Shown here: positions 57,501 to 64,000 of the stretch, piece after piece
How the letters are laid out: the number at the start of each line of letters is the position of its first letter
Numbering within the stretch: the stretch's first letter is position 1
DNA from: an uncultured bacterium
GTDB taxonomy: Bacteria; Krumholzibacteriota; Krumholzibacteriia; JACNKJ01
DNA length: 64,000 nucleotides
Direction: 5' to 3'
Assembly: GCA_963695095.1 (NCBI GenBank)
Contig: CAVOFT010000001.1
Location: 1,280,001 to 1,344,000 of the forward strand
The notes under the pieces: model-generated
What the model was told of the DNA's origin: nothing
Database searches by the model: none
What the model saw: only the letters and a program-made list of their open reading frames with translations
Made by a program: the position numbers and the translations under genes

Positions 57501-59285
57501 GAGCAACCCGCACGACTCCAAGACCGCCGCTCTGCGCAACCACCTCATGGTGCGGCGCAACTACGAGGCGCTCGTCTCGGGCGACGGCGCCTGCGCGGGC
57601 TGCGGCGAGAAGAGCGTGCTGCACGCGGTGGCCTCGCTCACCGAGGCCTCATGCGTCCGCTCTACCACGCCAAGGCCGAGCGGCTGGCGGCGAAGGCCGC
57701 GCGCCTGCGACGCGCACGGCGCCGAGCGACTGGCGGCCGCTGCCGGGCAGGATGCCGAGGAGCACGCGCTGCTTCGGCGCCAGGCCGTCGCCCACCTCCT
57801 GATGGGCCTCGGCGGCGAGAGACGAGGAGGACACCCTCGCCCGCCTCGCCGCGCACGGCCTGATCTGACGGACGCCGAGATCGTCGGAGGCCATGGCCGC
57901 TGTGCTGCGAGCAGGACGCCTTCAACCACAAGGAGCTGCAGGCGCTCGACGGCCGGCTCGCGAACGGCATGTCGGTGATGGCCATGGGCGCGCACACCGG
58001 CTGCAACACCGTCTACGGCTCGACGCCGCCCAACAACCCGCACCCCTACCCCTGGATGAACTCGCTCTTCCAGGACGGCGCCACGGTGACCTGGCTCTTC
58101 GGCGAGAGCTTCATCATGGACCACGCCCGCCGCTCGGTGATCCCCGAGCGCCTGGCCGACGCTGCTCGCTGGCGGCGAGGGCGAGGCGCCGATCGACTGC
58201 CGAGCGACGCTACTGTTCGAGCTCACGCACTTCACCGACGCCGGCATGACGCGACCGCGAGATCGCCGAGCTGCCCAAGGCCTGGGCGCATCGGCGGCGA
58301 CGGCGGCATGGGCGACATCGGCTTCCAGAACGTCTCGAAGGTGATCCTGCAGAACCGGCCGAACGTGAAGCTGCTCATGCTCGACACGCAGGTCTACTCG
58401 AACACCGGCGGACAGAACTCGGACTCCTCGCCCGATGCCCGGCGGCTTCGACATGAACCAGTTCGGCGTGGCCACGCCAGGGCAAGAGCGTGGAGAAGAA
58501 GAGCGCTGGCCGAGATCTTCATCGCCGGTCACGGCTCGCCCTTCGTGGCGCAGGTCTCGATGGCCAATGCGCCGCAGCTTCTACCAGGCGATTCTCGACG
58601 CCCTCGACTATCGCGGCACCGCCTTCCTGCAGTGCTTCACCACCTGCCAGCCCGAGCACGGCGTCGCCGACGATCAGGCCACGCGGCAGGCGCAGCGCGT
58701 CCGCGACACCCGCGGCATGCCCGAGTTCGTCTTCGACCCGCGATCGGGCGAGACCTATCGCCGAGGCCCTGGACCTCAAGGGCAATCCCACGGTCGAGGC
58801 CGACTGGTGGGAGGCGCGCAGCAAGGACAAGCAGTCCAAGTACCGCTACACGGTCGCCCACTGGGCGACCACCGAGGCCCGCTTCCGGCAGCACTTCCGC
58901 CGCCTCAAGCCCGGCGAGGCCGCGGGCCTGGTGCACCTCGACGACATGCTGCTGCGCCTGAGCCAGCAGGACGTCGTTGCGCGCCGCCATCTCGATCCCG
59001 CAGCACCGCGCCTTCGTGCCCGACTTCGGCGTCTTCCTGCGCGTCGAGGACGAGGCCGGCGCCTGGCGCGAGCTGGCCATGAGCCGGCAGATGGTCCTCT
59101 TCTGCGTGGAGCGGCGCAAGGCCTGGCGCCTGCTGCAGAGCAAGGCGGGCATCGTGAACAAAGAGTACCTGGCGCAGAAGGCCCTGCTCGCCAAGCTCGA
59201 CGCCGGCGAACTCACGCTGGCCGAGCTGGAGGCGCATCCGGAGGAGCTGCTCGCCGCGGCCGTCGCCGCCCTGGACGCGAGCTGA
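54549..59285 (+). CDS. Large single-chain pyruvate:ferredoxin(flavodoxin) oxidoreductase-like protein, heavily frameshifted
   Basis: FYPITPSTEMGE, NFTSGQGL, HCGHDD, VYGLGSRDF, HSIGGWG, PKYGSEKKGAPT, CTQCMECIAACP, CKGCAECVTEC, ACAGCGEK, TGCNTVYG, GGDG, DTQVYSNTGGQ. Confidence 0.85.
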
Positions 59286-59287
59286 GC

Positions 59288-60316
59288 GTGGAAGCGCGCG
59301 CGGAGTCGCTGGCCCAGGAGCTGGCCGCTGCCCGCGCGGGCCTCGTCTTCCGCGTGCAGCTCACGGGCGAAGTGCTGCGGGCCACGGGCGCCGACGCGCC
59401 GGGCTGGCTCCAGGCCACGCTGAGCCAGGATCTGGCGCCGCTGGCGCCGGGCGAAGGGGCGCGCAGCCTGCTGCTCGATCCGCGCGCCACCGTGCTGGCT
59501 GACCTGCTCGTGCTGCGCGAGCCGGCGGGCTATCTGCTCATCGCCGACAGCGACCCGGCACGGCCCCTGGCCGAGGAGCTCGCGCGGCGCATCTTTCGCG
59601 AGGACGTCCAGCTCGCGCCGCTGGGCGCGGCGGGCGAGCAGCTCTGGCTGGCGGGACCGGACGCGGCGGCCTTCCTCCGCACGGAACTCGCTCTTGCCGA
59701 GCTGCCGACGGCCCCCTGCGCCCACCGTCGCGCCGCCTGCGCGGGCTGGCCGCTCACCCTGCTCGCCTCCCCCCGCCTGGGTCCGCCCGGATTCGAACTG
59801 GTCCTCGACGCCGCCTGCGGCCCGCAGGGCCCCGCGGCCCCCGCCGCCGGCGAGGGCGCAGCGGGCGCCCTGCGCGGACTCTTCCAGGCCCTGGCCGCGG
59901 CCGGCGGGCGCCGGCTCTCGCCTGCGGCGGCGGAGTACCTGCGCATCGCCGCCGGCCGACCCCGCCGCGACCCCGACCTCGCGCGCGTGCTGCCGGCGGA
60001 GGCCGGCCTCGTCCCCGAGGCGGTCAGCCTCGGCAAGGGCTGCTACCCCGGCCAGGAGGTGGTGATGCGCCAGGCGAGCCGCGGTCGCCCGCGCTGGCGG
60101 CCGCAGGTCCTCGCCGGGCCAGGGGCACCGCCGGCCGGGGGCGCTGCGCTGCGCACGGCGGCGGGCGAGTCCGCCGGCTGGGTCAGCTCGGCGGCAGCCG
60201 ATGCCGAGGGCGGCTTCCTGGCCCTGGCCTACCTGCGCGCCGAGGGGGCCGCCGAGGGCCTCAGCCTGGAGGACGGCCGCGCGCTTCGGCCCTGGCCAGG
60301 CCTCGATTCGCACTGA
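59288..60316 (+). CDS. ygfZ: YgfZ/GcvT-family folate-binding protein
   Basis: GADAPGWLQATLSQD; signature KGCYPGQE. Confidence 0.8.
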   Translation: MEARAESLAQELAAARAGLVFRVQLTGEVLRATGADAPGWLQATLSQDLAPLAPGEGARSLLLDPRATVLADLLVLREPAGYLLIADSDPARPLAEELARRIFREDVQLAPLGAAGEQLWLAGPDAAAFLRTELALAELPTAPCAHRRAACAGWPLTLLASPRLGPPGFELVLDAACGPQGPAAPAAGEGAAGALRGLFQALAAAGGRRLSPAAAEYLRIAAGRPRRDPDLARVLPAEAGLVPEAVSLGKGCYPGQEVVMRQASRGRPRWRPQVLAGPGAPPAGGAALRTAAGESAGWVSSAAADAEGGFLALAYLRAEGAAEGLSLEDGRALRPWPGLDSH

Positions 60317-60524
60317 CGCCTGGCTGCCGCACTGGCAGGGTTTCCGGCCACCCAGAGCGCTGCCGCCGACTGTTTGGCAGGGCCTCTCCACCGTTCGCGC
60401 CCGCGCGATCTGCTAAGGCATGTCCATTCAATGCATTGTGAGGCAAGCCGGACTTGGCCTCGCACTTGCGGTGCCGCCTCTGCCGGCTGTGCTATCCTGC
60501 GCCGGCAGATCCCGGAGGCTGAGC

Positions 60525-63188
<2,664 letters not shown>

Positions 63189-63308
63189 GCTCGGGCCGCC
63201 TCTTGCGGCCCGGCGCCCGGTGCATATCTTCCATCCCGAGTGAATTGAGCTTTGGAGGAATATCGGGATCCAAAGCTCCGGATCCTGGCGAATGCGACGG
63301 AGGAGACC

Positions 63309-63728
63309 ATGCCCTACGATGAGTTGCTCGTGAGCCCGATGCGGGCTGAACTGACGCGGATCGGTGTCGAGGAACTGCGCGACGCGGTCGCGGTCGAGCG
63401 CTGGCTCGGGCAGAAGACAGGCAGTGCCCTGCTCTTCGTGAACTCCGTCTGCGGCTGCGCAGCGGGGATGGCCCGGCCGGGTCTGGCCATGGCGCTGAAG
63501 GGTGAGGCCCGGCCCGACCGCCTGGCCACCGTCTTCGCCGGGCAGGACAGCGAGGCCACGGCGGCCGCCCGCGCCCACTTCACGGACCTGCCGCCCAGCA
63601 GTCCCTCGGCGGCGCTGTTCAAGGACGGCAAGCTGGTTTTCTTCCTGCCACGCCACGCCATCGAGGGCCGCGAGGCCGACGATGTGGCCGCCGATCTCAG
63701 CGCGGCCTTTGCGCGCTTCTGCGCCTGA
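63309..63728 (+). CDS. BrxA/BrxB family bacilliredoxin
   Basis: GGAGGAG SD; PMRAEL, VNSVCGCAAG, TVFAGQD, PPSSPS. Confidence 0.9.
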   Translation: MPYDELLVSPMRAELTRIGVEELRDAVAVERWLGQKTGSALLFVNSVCGCAAGMARPGLAMALKGEARPDRLATVFAGQDSEATAAARAHFTDLPPSSPSAALFKDGKLVFFLPRHAIEGREADDVAADLSAAFARFCA

Positions 63729-63744
63729 GCCCGGAGGCCTCCGC

Positions 63745-64000
63745 ATGAGCGAGACCCTTGCCCAGCGCCGCTGCCGGCCTCTGCCCGCGGGCACGCCGGC
63801 GCTCGCGGCCGTGGCCTGCCGGACCTTCCTCGCCGAGCTGCCCGGCTGGGAGCTGGCGGCCGGCCGCCTGCGCCGCGAGTTCCGCTTCGCCGACTTCGCC
63901 GAGGCCCTGGCCTTCGTGAATGCCATCGGCGGCCTTGCCGAGGCCGAGGATCACCATCCGGACATCGCGCTGAGTTGGGGCAAGGTGGGCGTGGAACTGT
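63745..64000 (+). CDS. phhB: Pterin-4-alpha-carbinolamine dehydratase (partial)
   Basis: MSETLAQRRC...LPGW...FRFADFAEALAFVNAIGGLAEAEDHHPDIALSWG; runs off the window. Confidence 0.85.
   Translation, partial: MSETLAQRRCRPLPAGTPALAAVACRTFLAELPGWELAAGRLRREFRFADFAEALAFVNAIGGLAEAEDHHPDIALSWGKVGVEL

Noticed and set aside
54549..59285. Programmed frameshifting or true pseudogenisation of PFOR, cox and C25 genes
   Set aside because: Too many shifts, no consistent slippery motif, and residues remain conserved; sequencing error is more parsimonious
60317..60524. CIRCE or HAIR heat-shock operator upstream of clpB
   Set aside because: Only a partial TGCTAA is present; no complete inverted repeat

Overview
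Very GC-rich bacterial chromosomal window. FlgD/T9SS-type C-terminal domains, a C25 peptidase, alternative complex III and a bacilliredoxin suggest an FCB-group candidate lineage such as Latescibacterota, Krumholzibacteriota or Eisenbacteria (inference). Many conserved genes are broken by single-base indels, probably long-read consensus errors. Contents in order: the end of a CTD-bearing secreted protein; a PorU-like C25 peptidase followed by a Wzx flippase; a perfect 28-bp hairpin; DUF4139, SSS, CPA2 and MFS genes; rlmN; a block with three sigma54 activators; a complete ACIII plus caa3 (type A2) oxidase supercluster with sco, ctaB, ctaA and DUF3179; a patch of short accessory genes; a PDH-type 2-oxoacid dehydrogenase operon interrupted by a cupin/TetR pair with a NemR-type operator; a divergent large PFOR; then ygfZ, clpB, bacilliredoxin and phhB. 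The best candidate for an undescribed system is 20241-24196. It consists of a small secreted pro-peptide-like gene, a cytoplasmic TPR-repeat sigma54 activator with no receiver domain, and a sigma54 promoter driving a ~270-nt structured RNA that ends at a strong intrinsic terminator. This may be a peptide-signalling circuit with an RRNPP-like sensor and an sRNA output. No rRNA, tRNA, CRISPR or transposase was seen.
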